Shown one piece after another: positions 35,111-50,632 of a stretch of 64,000 nucleotides of DNA. The notes beneath the pieces are model-generated. The model saw only the letters and a program-made list of their open reading frames with translations, made no database searches and had not been told where the DNA came from. The DNA is from the human T2T-CHM13v2.0 reference genome, Homo sapiens, in NCBI RefSeq assembly GCF_009914755.1, contig NC_060947.1. The stretch is one strand, 5' to 3'. Position numbers and translations under genes: made by a program. Every line of letters starts with the position of its first letter. The first letter of the stretch is position 1.

Positions 35111-35486
35111 GATGTTACTATATTTTAAATTTATGAATAAGTTACACTCTTCTCAACTAGAAAGATCTATAAATCTAGAGTTATACAGCTCCAGTTGTCC
35201 AAATGTGTTTCTATCAGGGCACTTAAGTTTTTCACATTATCAGTCAGATATTATTGTATGAAACAATTTAGAAACATATAAACAACTGCTCCTTTCTGGT
35301 AACTACGAACATTACTACAGTTCATTTGCAAATATTCCTTTCAACTAATTGAATGGCAACTAATGAGCTAAAATAAGAAAGTAAAATTTCCTCAAATTAA
35401 AGGGAAGATGGGGAGGGAATTATTTTCCTATTCAGAATTAAAAAAAACATTTAATTAGAATACTCATTTAAAACATTAGTTCTGAA

Positions 35487-36424
<938 letters not shown>

Positions 36425-36727
36425 TGGGTATCCAGGTCTCCTAGGATAGGGGAGGCCAGAAACATTCAGCACATTGGACACTTTAACAAGAACTAGGCTA
36501 CTTCAGTCTGCAGAACAGAAGAAAGGGGTAACAGGTTCTACATTCTTCAAAGACTGCATGTAGAAGAAATGCTTATACACGCATTCACTCCACAAACAAG
36601 ATTGGGTTCCTGTCAGGTGCCAACACATGTGTCAGATGTTGGAAATACAAAGATGAATAAGACCCATTTCTGTTCTCAGGGAGCTCACAATCTCATGTCC
36701 AGACAGGAGAGGCTGAGGTGAAAGCCT

Positions 36728-38479
<1,752 letters not shown>

Positions 38480-38509
38480 AAGAAGCTCCTCTCTGAGAAG
38501 CCACTCTTT

Positions 38510-39218
38510 TTTTTAAGTATTTTTAAAGTTGTGGTAAAATATTCATAACGTAAAATTTACCATTTAGCCCTTTTAAAGTGTACAATTCAATGACATTAAG
38601 TACATTCACAATGTTGTATAACCATCATTAGGTACTTCTGGAAGTTTCTCGTCATCCCAAACAGAAACTGTGTTCATTAGACAAGAACTTCCCACTCTTC
38701 CTTCCCCCAGCTCCTGGTAATCTCTGTTCTACTTTTTATCTCTATGAATTTGCCTATTCTAGAGACCTTTTGTAAGTGGAATCGTACAGTATTTGTCCTT
38801 TTCTGCCTGGCTTCTTTCACTTAGCATAATGTCTTCAAGTTTTATAGCATGTTGTAGCATGTGTCAGACTTTCATTTCTTTTAAAGGTCCTGAATAAAAT
38901 TCCATTGTATGGGTATATCACATTTTATTTATCCATTTATATGTCAATGGACACTTGGGTTGCTTTCACTTTTTGGCTATTGTGAATAATGCTGCTGTGA
39001 ACACTGGTGTACAAGTGTATGTTTGAGTCCCTGCTCCCTGCTTTCTATTCTTTTGGGTGTATACCTAGGAGTGGAATTGCTGGATTATCTGGTAATTTTA
39101 TATTTAAATTTTGAAGAACCACAAAACTGTTTTCCACAGTGGCTGTACAATTTTATATTCCCACCATCAATGCATAGAGTTCCAATTTCTCCATGTCCTC
39201 ACCAACGCTTGTTGTTTT

Positions 39219-39257
<39 letters not shown>

Positions 39258-39309
39258 ATAGTAGCCATGCCATTGGGTGTGAAGTGGTAGCTCATTGTGG
39301 GCTTGTTTG
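38510..39309 (-). mobile_element. L1MB-type 3' end
   Basis: Antisense tttaaagtgtacaattcaatgacattaagtacattcacaatgttg...; TSD gaagccac(t/c)cttt 38497-38509 / 39310-39322; (TG)n at ~39222-39254. Confidence 0.88.
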
Positions 39310-39520
39310 GAAGCCACCCTTTAAAATGCTTTTTTCTATGACGTTCCTGTCTATGATGTACTCCTCTCTGACACCCCTCTTTGATATCCCTCTCTATTAT
39401 TATTTTTTATAATACCGACCCTCTCTATAGTGTCCCTGTCTGTGGTGCTCCTCTGTATGATGCCCCTCTCTACAATTCCCCTTGTGCCCTTTGCATTTTT
39501 TCCTCCTGTATGGTCCCCCT
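39310..39520. repeat. Degenerate 15-bp minisatellite, right part
   Basis: ctatgacgttcctgt, ctatgatgtactcct, ctatagtgtccctgt, ctgtggtgctcctct, gtatgatgcccctct. Confidence 0.85.
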
Positions 39521-39529
39521 ATCAGTAGA

Positions 39530-39645
39530 ATGAGCTATCCTTCTGGGGATGATCTCCTTTTCCTGGGGGCATTCAAACAAAGGCAAGATGGCCAGCAGTC
39601 AGGGTTGCTGTTAAAGAGATTTCTGAGGTCACTTATGACTCTAGC
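39530..39645 (+). mobile_element. L3/CR1 (or MIR3 tail) fragment
   Basis: cctgggggcattcaaacaaaggcaagatggccagcagtcagggttgctg...tgaggtc. Confidence 0.5.
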
Positions 39646-39859
39646 TTATGACAACAATGTCATCATCTTTTCAGTGTGGCTTTGAGCTGTTCTTCCAGCA
39701 TCTGAGATGTATTTGTACTGACTCATTCAGACACCTTCTGTATCTGTCCTTCTCCATGGCCAGTGGCATAGTCCATGAAAAAATTACTGAGTGCAGTTCG
39801 GGTTGCTGCCTTTGACTGCGTAATTTGGTTTTACACTCATTTCTGCTTTTTTAACCATC

Positions 39860-40050
39860 ACTTTGTATAGTAGTTGCTATGAGCCAAAGACTGTTGTAAG
39901 CATTGCATAAATACTAACACATTGACTCCATTTAATTCCTGTTTTACGGATGAGGAATTGAAACCAGAGAAGTTGAGACACTTCTGTCTGCTAACACAGT
40001 GTGTAAGTGGAGAAGCTGGGATTCAAACTCAGGTTGTCTGGCTCTCAAGC
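39860..40050 (-). mobile_element. MIR
   Basis: cctgttttacggatgaggaattga...gctgggattcaaactcagg. Confidence 0.75.
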
Positions 40051-41864
40051 ACTGAGTTGAAAGGTCAACAAATGTTTTTTGAAGATTGACCATATGCTGG
40101 GTACTAGACAAAGATACAGTTCTTGTGCTTATTAAGGAGTCAGGTCCAGAGGAAGAGAGAAATGTTCATTGATAGTGATTCTGATGCCCAGGATTCATGA
40201 AGGTGAGTGGTGAGAAATATGGCTGAGAAGGTAGACAAGAGCTAGATGGAGAAGGAGAGCCTTGCCAGGATTGGACTTTAGAATCATGTAAGATCAGACT
40301 AGGACTGATCTGTGATGAAATTTCCAACAAGGTGTAGTGAAATGAAGAAAATGTAGGCAATTTAATACATTTTTTCATAAAGCTAAATTAATTTACTATA
40401 AAAGGCCGTCCTTTTTCCCAAGATTACATCTTTCTTATATTTTTTGATGGCAAAATGTCCATTCTTTTGATATTTTGGAGGTAAGAAGGTTTTTTTGTTA
40501 TGTCATTAATGGTTAATTTAAAGTTGGCAACCCATATTAACTTCTGCCATTAAAAAATAACATTAGTCCCTGAAATTTGAAAATCTGGGAATCAATGCCA
40601 TAAGAAATATCGGAACAAAGCAATACAAAATATCAGTGAGAGGTCAAGTACAGTAAAAGCTAAAGTGCTGAATAGATTTGGCCATGAGGAAGTCATCAGC
40701 CACATTATTTGGGGGCAGTTTTGACAGGGTGATGCGGTGGGAGGCAGGCTATGGTGGGAATGCATAAGTCTCATTTATCTCTAGGCGACAAAACTTGGGT
40801 GGTCACACAGAAAAAATATGTATTGGCTCATTACATGTATGTGCTTATGTTCTTCTGGTTGATAGGCTGCCACATATTTAAGACAGGTGGAAAGGAAAGA
40901 GAAATGACAAAGAAACTAATTTAAGCGAAGGTTGTTAAGCAAAAAGATTGACAGACTCTAAAATTACCCACTCAACCTGATGAAAAAAGTATTCATCACT
41001 TTTCCTCTCTCTCTTTCTCTCTCCCTTGGTCCCTCTCTCTCTTTCAGTGATGCCAATATCTTCCTAGATCAGAAACTAGATGAACATCAGCATCCTAAAA
41101 ATCTAAGCATCTCTATGAGGGATCAAAGTCATGTTCAGGGACACATGTCTTCACCAGCATGCGAGTCATTCCATTCTTGCTCTGCCTGGCCCAGATTGAG
41201 GAAGACATCTGAGACTGGACTTTATGTCCGTTCCAGAGAGTGTACAGCATGAAATACTGTCCTTCCGGCTGCCAGTCTGACTTGGCCTGAGAGAAATTGG
41301 GCGAGAAGCATGCCCAAGTCTCCACTGAACCAATGTGGAGAGTTAATCACAAGTTAGGGCACTTTGGATTGAACGTTCATCTATGATGAACTGGCAAGCC
41401 ACTCTCCCTGTGTGTTTTCCCTTCAGACTGTATGATTTCAGTGCAAAGGTTGTCTTAGAACCTGAAAACCCAGAAACATTTTCAAACCTGAATTGGCCTA
41501 TTCTCGGAGACTAGTGCTGAGTCTACTGGGATAACATCAATCTGCAGGTTTTTCCCAGCACTGAAGACATAGTTCATCCTATAATTGGAAAATAATTTGA
41601 TTTATATTCCATTGTGTCAGAGCCTTCACTCAGGTCTCTTGGAGGAGAGGTCTAGGCAGCAGGAAGATGGTCTAGTTTTGAAAAAAAAAATGCTCCATAG
41701 ACACTTATGGAGAAAGTGCAAAAATGGAGCCTGAGTGATGTTTATGAAAGAATTCCAATGCCTCTTTGTAGATTCCCGAGTTAGATTGAGGGATGTGAAG
41801 CATGGAGAGCCCAGACACAAAAACAGTGTAATGATTGGCCTCCCATCCTGGAACTTGCATTTGC

Positions 41865-42110
41865 TGGGTCCTGCCTACTACATGCCAGGCACTTGACATA
41901 GGAGTTCATTACATCCTCTCAATGCCACTGCAAATGGGTGTAATTATCTCTATTTTTCTAAAGAAGAGTAAACAAAGTCCAGAAAGATGGGTAACAAAGT
42001 CCAGAAAGATGGGTAACTTGGCCCAGGTCACATAGCTGGCAAATACCCAAGTGATAATTTGAACCTGAACCCAAGTCTGCCTTACTCTTAGACCACATCC
42101 TTTCCTGTGC
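41865..42110 (-). mobile_element. MIR with internal 22-bp tandem duplication
   Basis: tacatgccaggcact...ccaggtcacatagctg...tgaacccaagtctg. Confidence 0.75.
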
Positions 42111-42388
42111 TCCAAAGGCTGAGTTTGTAAAGTGTGATGGATGCCTCTGCTAGAAGTGCAGAGTATACAAGCAGAACAACCCAAGACACATGCTATTGAT
42201 TCAGGCAGTTGTACTCAGGGCATTTTCCTGTGGAGTTTATGCTGGACCTACTAGCATCATTTTCCTCATTTTTCTCAGGGAATGCCTGGAAACCAAGATA
42301 ATTGCTCATCAGAACTACTTTAGGAAACCCAAGTGGCAATGGGGGACCCTCTTAACCTAGAAAATTCTGGGAAATTATCCCTCTCATG

Positions 42389-42726
42389 CAGAGGTTGGCA
42401 AACTTTTTCTCTAAAGTGTCAGGTAGTCAATGTTTTCCGCTTCATGAGTCAGAAAAATCTCTGTCGCAACTACTCAACTCTGCTGTTGTAGCTCAAAAGC
42501 TGCTGCAGACAATAATTCATAAATGAATGAGTGTGGCTGTGTTCCAATAAACCTTTAAGGTCACTCAAGCTTGAATTTTGTATAATTTTCACTTGTCACA
42601 AAATGTTATTTCCTTCTAAAATTTTTTTCAAATTTAAACATGTAAAAACCATTCTTAGCTCACAGGCCATACAAAAGAGGTGGGCAGTGTGGATTTAGCC
42701 CGCAGGCCATAGTTTGCCAATCCCTG
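42389..42726 (+). mobile_element. MER58B (hAT-Charlie)
   Basis: cagaggttggcaaactttttct...aaccattcttagctcacaggccatacaaaa...agtttgccaatccctg. Confidence 0.87.
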
Positions 42727-42934
42727 CTCCAGAGGATCATATTTTATTTTATTTTTCCCCATATGTTAGATGGTTTACTCTCAGAAGGTTTACAAAAGTA
42801 GACAAGAAGATCTGTTGATAATTAATTAGTGAAAAACTACTGAATATAGCTTGACATTTTAAATCCTATTAACAACAATTTTTGGCCACCAGAATGACTC
42901 ACAGTAAACAAAATTCCTTATTACTTTTTTTAAA

Positions 42935-43630
42935 AAAACTTTCTTTTAATTGAAATTTCAATTGAAATAATTGTAGATTCATACACACTTGTGAGAAATA
43001 ATATATAGAGACCCCTTGCACCCTTCACCCAGGTTCCCCCTATGGTAACATTTTGCAAAATAATCTACCAATTTTGTCCAGATTTCTTCAGTTTTGCTTG
43101 TACTGGTGTGTGTGTGTGTGTGTGTGTGTGCGTGTGTGCATAAGTGTGTGTGTGCGCATGCATGCACATATTTAGTTATATCACTGCAAAGATCCCTGTG
43201 TTGTCCTTTCATAACTATGTCCACCTCCCTCCTGCCCCCCTATCCTTAGCTCCTGGCAACTACTAATCTGTTCTTTATTTCTAAAATTTGGTCATTTCAA
43301 GAATGCTACACAAATGGAATCATATAGTATGTAATTTTTTGACACTGACTTTTCATTCAGAATATTCCCCTGGAGATTCATCCAGGTTGTTGCATGTATC
43401 AGTAGTTAATTCCTTTTTATTCCTGCATAGCATTCCATGGTAAAGATTACCATTGTTGGTTTAATCCTTCATTTGCTGAAGGACATTTGGATTGTTTCTA
43501 GTTTCAGGCTAACATGAATAAAGCATCTCTGAATGTTTGTGTGCAGGTTTTTTGTGAACATTTCATGTCCCTGGGATAAATGCCCAAAAGTGCAATTTCT
43601 GGTCTATATGGTAATTTCATTTCATATTTA
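42935..43630 (-). mobile_element. L1MC/MD-type 3' fragment with (TG)n
   Basis: aattgtagattcatacaca...cctggcaactactaatctgttc...aatggaatcatatagtatgtaa. Confidence 0.75.
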
Positions 43631-44473
43631 TTACTTTTTAAATATTCCCTTTGCACATATTTTAAAATATGCCTTTTTAACATTACCACAAAAACACACC
43701 CTATAACAAATGACACCGTGGTAACAGCTCTTTAAAAATTCCCTGCCATCTTGCATTCTCATTTTATAGACATAGCAACTCTACACTAGAGAACTTAACT
43801 GACCCCAAAGGGTCAGTCATAAGTCACAGAATGGTCAGTGCAAGCTGAGCCAGAACAAGAAATCACTTCTTCCTTGTCTTCCATTAGTGCTCACATCTAA
43901 ACATGCTGCACCAGTGAAATTACAGACAGAAGCAGCCAACGACATGGTGTTTCTCATTATGGAAGAAAGAAAATGGTTTACTTGGCTCTTAGGGATGTCA
44001 TGAGCTCACATGTCCTAGCTACAGCCTTCCTCAATGGAGTCTTACGTGGCTTCTTCACTCAAAACTTGAGACTGCCTCACAGCATGGGCAAGTGACAAGG
44101 AATAGCAAAGTGCAAACATGCAAACAATGTTTAATATTTCTCCAGTGTGACTATGGGAACTGGAAACCCTAAAGCTCTGTGACACTTTTCATCAGTCCCC
44201 TGGGGGTTATGCAGCTGTGTGGTTAACAAGTTGACTATACTGATCAGAGAGGGTTGAACTAGTATTGATAAATTACAATTCCTCAAATCTAAAGCCTTTC
44301 CTGACACGTTTTCTAAATGGTCCAAAGAAGAGTTTGTTTCATTTCTACATTAGACTTAGCAATTGGTTTCTTCAGTCTACTGGCCATGACCAAGAAGTGC
44401 AGGAATCCTACCATCTTTCACTCCCTCCTCAGAATCTAGGAGCCATTACAACAATCCGTCCCTACCTTTAACC

Positions 44474-44651
44474 AGTGCTGCAGAGGGAGGTCTGTGGACC
44501 AACAGCATCAGCATCACCTGCTAACTTGTTAGATGTGCAGACTCTCAGGCTTCATTCTCAGAATGGTTGAATGAATTTCTGTGACTGAGGCCCACCAATC
44601 TGCTTCTTTCCTAGCTCTCACTCGGAGATTCTGAAGCTCACTAAGCCACTT
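44474..44651 (+). mobile_element. MER5A-like fragment
   Basis: ggaccaacagcatcagcatcacctg...ttgttagatgtgcagactctcaggc. Confidence 0.7.
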
Positions 44652-46029
44652 TAGAATTAATTTCAAGTATATAACAGAAAAGTAAGTCATAGTTTTTAAA
44701 TAAATTAATAATAATAATAATAAAAGCTCAACCAACAAAATAGTTCCAGCCCCTTTCTGTCAATTACACAGTCTTTATGAGGCCAATATTGATATAAACA
44801 TAAACCAGAGTTGTTATTTCTGACATTCAGCAGATTGTAACTTTCTTCACGCATTCACTGTTTGTTTCTAATGAAAATGCTCAGTTTGTGCTTCTACTTA
44901 GCACCTATTTAAAATTCTTTATCAAACTGTAATTTCCTCGGAGGCAGGAAACGTGTGTCTCCATAGCCTAATAAATAGGTGTCTAATAAATGGTTGTTTA
45001 ACAAATGAATGGATTGTGTTTTATATTACAGTTGCTTTGCCCTCCACTAAACAGTGCACTTACAGGTTGGAGAAGATGAGGGTTTTGTTTGTGCTGGGTT
45101 CCCGAAGATTTTCTCACTATCCCTAAGTATGCAGCTGACTTCTCTGAATACAATAGGTTCACAAAAGTTGTTGGATGCACAACAACAACCAACTAAATTG
45201 CACCTTTAGTGTTACTGCATAGAGTCCAAATAATTTTACCATGGACATTATTTCCATGTACATGTGGGAAAAAGTAATTTAGTATTGCCATTTTGAATAT
45301 TGTTTAAGAAACATCATTACCTATAAAATGGAACTTGAGAGCATGTTTGGGGAGGTTCGTGGGTGAACAAAGGTACCTGTGACAGATGTACCTCCTTTCA
45401 AAAGGGTTTGTCATGGAACAATGAAGGCAAAAAGAGGCAATGATACTCAGCCAGGTGAGCCAGTGGGCCCCAGCATTTTTACTGAAATTTTCTAGTTAAG
45501 AAACCAAATTACACAGGCTCATTAGATGATCCAAATTCCGACATTCAGGTAGGATATTTCAAGCCCTTTGATGTTGAACTTTTAGGTGTATCTGCCTTGT
45601 TAGTTATTCTCTATGAATGAGAGTATCTGGCACTTCCACAGAAAGGTGGAAATGACAAATAAGCACCTTTGAAGGATCAGATATGTGTGAAGGAAAAACA
45701 CAGTATCTGTGCTCAAGAATCTAAGATAACTTAGCAAGGATGATCTGTGCTCTTTAATTTTTACATATCCCATATGAAGGATGGGAAATGCTAAGTGTTT
45801 TCCTCAGTGGTCTTAGTTATAAAACATTACAGAGGGATTCAAGTTTTATAATCCACCTTTCAGCAAAACAAACAAATCATTTGTCTGTGCTTTGGAATCT
45901 AAGAGGAACATAAAGCAAAATTAGATATGTTTATGATAGGTAGACTTCAGCAATGAAGTAGGAGTTTGGAAAACTCCTACAGTCAACCCTAGGATGACTT
46001 CAATGGATGACTTCAACATGATTTTCTTT

Positions 46030-46043
46030 CTTTTCTTTTTTTC

Positions 46044-46102
<59 letters not shown>

Positions 46103-46447
46103 CTCTTTCTTTCTTTCTCTCTCTCTTTCTTTTCTTTTTTCTTTCTTTCTTCTTTTTTTTTTTTTTTTGACAGAGTCTTGCTTTGTCATCCAGGTTGGAG
46201 TGCAGTGGTGTGATCTTGGCTCACTGCTACCTCTGCCTCCTGGGTTAACGTGATTCTCGTGCTTCAGCCGCCTGAGTAGCTGGGAATACAGGCGTGCGCC
46301 ACCACGCCTGGCAATTTTTGTACTTTTAGTAGAGACGGGGTTTTGCCATGTTGGCCAGGCTGGTCTCGAACTCCTGACCTCAGGTGATCCGCCTGCCTTG
46401 GCCTCCCAAAGTGCTGGGGTAACAGGCATGAGTCACCGCACCTGGCC
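46030..46447 (-). mobile_element. AluSx-like with (TTTC)n microsatellite tail
   Basis: 15-bp TSD aacatgattttcttt 46015-46029 / 46448-46462; ~140-bp TTTC/TC tract. Confidence 0.96.
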
Positions 46448-47264
46448 AACATGATTTTCTTTTCCATCAAAATGACATTTCCTTGAGAATGACAAGAAGA
46501 GAAAATGGCTACAAATATTAATTTCTTTCATTCTATATTGCTGCCATTTTTGTATATTTATAAGAATAAGATTTTGTTGTTGATTAGGGTTTTTGCTCTA
46601 TCGAAATAACATCTTCAGGACATATATATTTCTTAAATGACTAACATGTTTCTGATCCAAGAGTACATACAAAACTGGACTGAGTATAACATTATCTTCC
46701 AAATAAATTTTAACTTTGTGTTTAATTTGTTTAAGCATTTTTCACAGAATTTGTCTCCAGACAAAACTCTTAAAAGTTAGTTTTGAGTCAACACGTTACA
46801 ATGGTTGCCTGAAATCACTAACTATTTTAGTACTGTTAATTCAAATTCATTTGAGCAGTATTTCACATGCAAAGCTTCAGACTCATCCAGTCTCAGAATG
46901 ATTCTTTGAAGGCATAAAGCTGTCAATTATGAATTAAATGGACAAGGTGATAGAAAGTAAATGTCTACCTTCAACTCTGGCAGGTCATTGTTTCTACATG
47001 CTATCAGTGTTTTTCATTAGCTGTATTAACAAAGACATCTTAAGTCCTGCCTAAGTCCACAGGCCTCTGAAGGAAGTCTAAACAACTTTGAGTGATTTGG
47101 AGTGGAAGCAGTACTAAGCAACAAATTCAAAAGCCTTTTGGTGGGCACCCTCTCCCCTAGAGGTGGTGTGTTTTGCCAGATTTGTCCTTCAGAGTGACAG
47201 TTCCATGGTTCACAGGTTTATCAAATACTAAGCCATAACCCTCAAAGAGCTGGGAGGGGATGAT

Positions 47265-47490
47265 ATTAGCCAGCATTTATTGAGTGCTTCCTCTGTTCAG
47301 AATACTACACATACTTCTTCTAATTTAGTCTTATCAAATGACTCTGAGAGGCAGGTGGTGAAAGAAACCAAGGTTAGGAAGTTAAGTGTTAGGAGTAGGA
47401 AGTCCAGCTAACAAGTGACACAGTAGAGATTCTAAGTTAGGTCTGTGTAGCTCAAAAGTTTATCCTCCTAACCTCTGTGCCATTCTGCAG
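47265..47490 (-). mobile_element. MIR
   Basis: agcatttattgagtgcttcctctg...cagctaacaagtgac...cctaacctctgtgcca. Confidence 0.6.
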
Positions 47491-47744
47491 GTCATCACAG
47501 GGCATTCAATAGCTAGTGATGGTGGCCATGGCAAATTGAGGGGTGTGAAAACCAGAGTTATTTTCTACACCTTTCCTTAGCTGGGATGGGAAGCAACACA
47601 TATATACATTGATTTTATTTTGGTTTATTTATGAGGGGATAATTTGTATTGTGTGTACATGTGTACACATTCTCTCTCTCTCCCTCCCTCCCTCTTTCTG
47701 TGTGTGTCTCTCTTTCTCTCTGTGCACATGCGTGAGAAAGACAG

Positions 47745-47777
<33 letters not shown>

Positions 47778-50632
47778 AATAATACTTAGAAGTATTGAAA
47801 GTTTGAAGACCTCTCATCTAGTCTCTTCAACTAATTAAATGAAATTAATTTGTATTGTAACTTATCTCCCTTATGCATACCCATCTATTTGTAACTTGAG
47901 AAAGACTATATTCTTAATTGTTGCATTGCAATTGTTAAATTTATTGCAACCGAAGACATCACATTTCTCTATTGCATATTTTTATCTCCCCAGTCATGAG
48001 ACAGTGGATGTCCTTTATCCTCACCTCCCCCTAATTGTTTCCCTTTGGTACACACTCTTTCCTTCCTTCAATTTTCATAAATTCAATAGTCAGGACCCAG
48101 AGAGAGCAAGAAACAAATAGATGCTATGTGGAATAAAACCATTACTTCCTGACACCTCCATATTTGTTCTTTCTGGTCTCTTGGAGTCTCCCAATTAGTT
48201 CTTGTCTTAATTTTCTGGCAAATTTCAGGAACCCTCACAATCTTCAAACTATCATCTTCCAATATTCTTCTCTTGGGAATTCCCTGGAAACTTCCTGCCA
48301 ATATGCAATCCTAGGACCTGAGTAAGAGCCATATTTTATTGACTATGAGAGTAATCTTCCAGATGGCTTATTTTGTAACATTCCGCAAGCTATAGGACTC
48401 AGTACGTATAGGCATGTCTCCCCAAGCCTTTCTAATCAGTGGGCTAAGGAGAGACATTGTTCTATTCATTATACCATATGCCAATCCCTTCTCAAATCTG
48501 GGATCATAATTGATGGGTTTTCTTTTTTCCATAGGCCAAGCTTTTGTTTCATGGCTCTCATGTTCTTGAGCAGCCCCATTGGCCTCAAGCCCTCACTTAC
48601 CCTAACAGTTAGATAATATCACCCATCAAGGAGTCCTAAAATGCAGTCCATTGACATTAAAGTGATAGTCTTTGCTGTCCTAAAGCTTATCTGTGCTGGA
48701 CACATGCACAGCCTGGAGGGCAAATGGATTGTTCAGCAGCTTGCCAGGGAGAGATAAATAAGCAGTGAAGGAAAGAGCAGACCCTGGCAGGGCAAACCGA
48801 ACTGGGCAAATCCATAAAGCTACAGCCAGTGAGCAAACAACAGCAGTCTTATATTCAGTCACTGGAAATGTGAAGTTTCTTTTGACCTAATGTGTTAATG
48901 TGAATCTATGATTCACACAGTCCCGAAAGACAACACATTTTGCAGCAGGCCGAGGAACTTTTGTTATAATGTCATCTATGGAAAAGATCAGGAAAGCAGA
49001 AAATATGATCTTTATAATGTTTGTGTACCTACAGGGCCAATTATCTATTAAACAATCATATAGAGTGATCATTTCAGGGAAACACTAAAAGAGACTTTAA
49101 AAATAGTCAGTAGATTCCAGTGATTTACGTCATAAAGAAACAGACCATCTTAAGTAACACATGGACAATAAAAGCAAGCAGATGTTTGCATTCTAACCAG
49201 GGCACTAATGGAGGTGCTGTGGCATTGTATCAAAGTAAAGTTTGCCATCTTCAGAATTGCCCACTGGAGTTTTAAATACAGCTGTATAACTTTGAGTCAA
49301 CAACTTGTAAGCATTCCCCGACCACTCTGAGCATCATTCTTTGCTGCAGGTAAGAATTAATAATTCATCACTAACACACCGTGTCAAACTCATTTTCTGA
49401 AACAGGCCTGAAATGTGTGATTGACTATAACATGAAAATTTGTCATAAAAACAATTCCTTGGGTTGCTGAATTGTAAACATAAGTTATTATGAGCAAAAT
49501 CACAGTAAAAATAAATGAGCAAGACCAAACTCACAAGAGACTGGATTTGAAATTTCACATGCAAGCTGTAAGCCTGGCAGTTACCAACTCAAGCGTTGGG
49601 TACTCTGTAAAGCTTGACAGTAGGAATGGATCCAGATACTATGGCCTTTTACCTTTCTTCTGGAGAAATTTAAAGCATTTTTATAAATATTAAGCCAGAT
49701 ACTGCTCATTCAATAAATGACTCCTGGAAGTATAGAAGACATTTGTGGGGATTAACTCTTTAGGCCACCAAGCTATCATTCACTGCCTAAGAATAATCTT
49801 TTTTAAGGTAGGGAGAGCCAACCTTTTCTGGAACACCTCACAGCTTAGAAGGCCCAGATTCTTGCCACTCAAGCCTTTTCAAGTGGGGACATTTAAAAAG
49901 AAAATTGCACTTGCACTACTATTGTGGAATAGGACTAATTACAAAGATTAAAACAGCCTTGTCATCTTCAGGGGTTAGTTTCACTGGGAAAAACCCTACT
50001 AGGACACTAGTACTAAGTCACTCACCCGTTGGCTGGCTGTTTTGGCATGTGGACTAACAACACTCCCTTTGTCTTATTCTTGCTTTCTTCTAATTGCCCA
50101 CTTTCACTTTTGTGCTGTTTGCTCCTCCTTTCGTAAAGATACCTAAAGAACAATATATTTTTAGCATCCACCAGCTCAAACACAATGCCCGTGTTTGTCT
50201 CATTTCTTATTTTTTGATTTGTTAATGTTTACTTTTCATTTCTTACTTTCTTCTTTATTTATCCTTTTTGCTGATTTCTTTAACTTGCAAGCATTTCCCC
50301 ATAAACATATTTCTCACCCTTTCTTTTGTTTTCTTCCTTTCTCTCTCTTTCTCTTTCAGTCTCCAATATTTTCTAGCAATTTGTGGCTTGCCTCTTCTTG
50401 ATCCCTTAGTCCTGCACCTGTTTGTTTGCTGGGCTTTTGTTTATATATGGGAGATGGGCTTGGCTGGAGAAAGCAGTAGGTTTTTGTTGCTTTGGGACCT
50501 CCCTTCCTCTAACATCTCTTGCTGATCTTTTTTTTCTCATTTTTTTTTCTTTTCTTTTCTCCCCTGACCTCTCTGGTCTTCCACTTATCTTGTAAATTAT
50601 TATACTTGATCTTAAAAAATTATGGCATTTTC

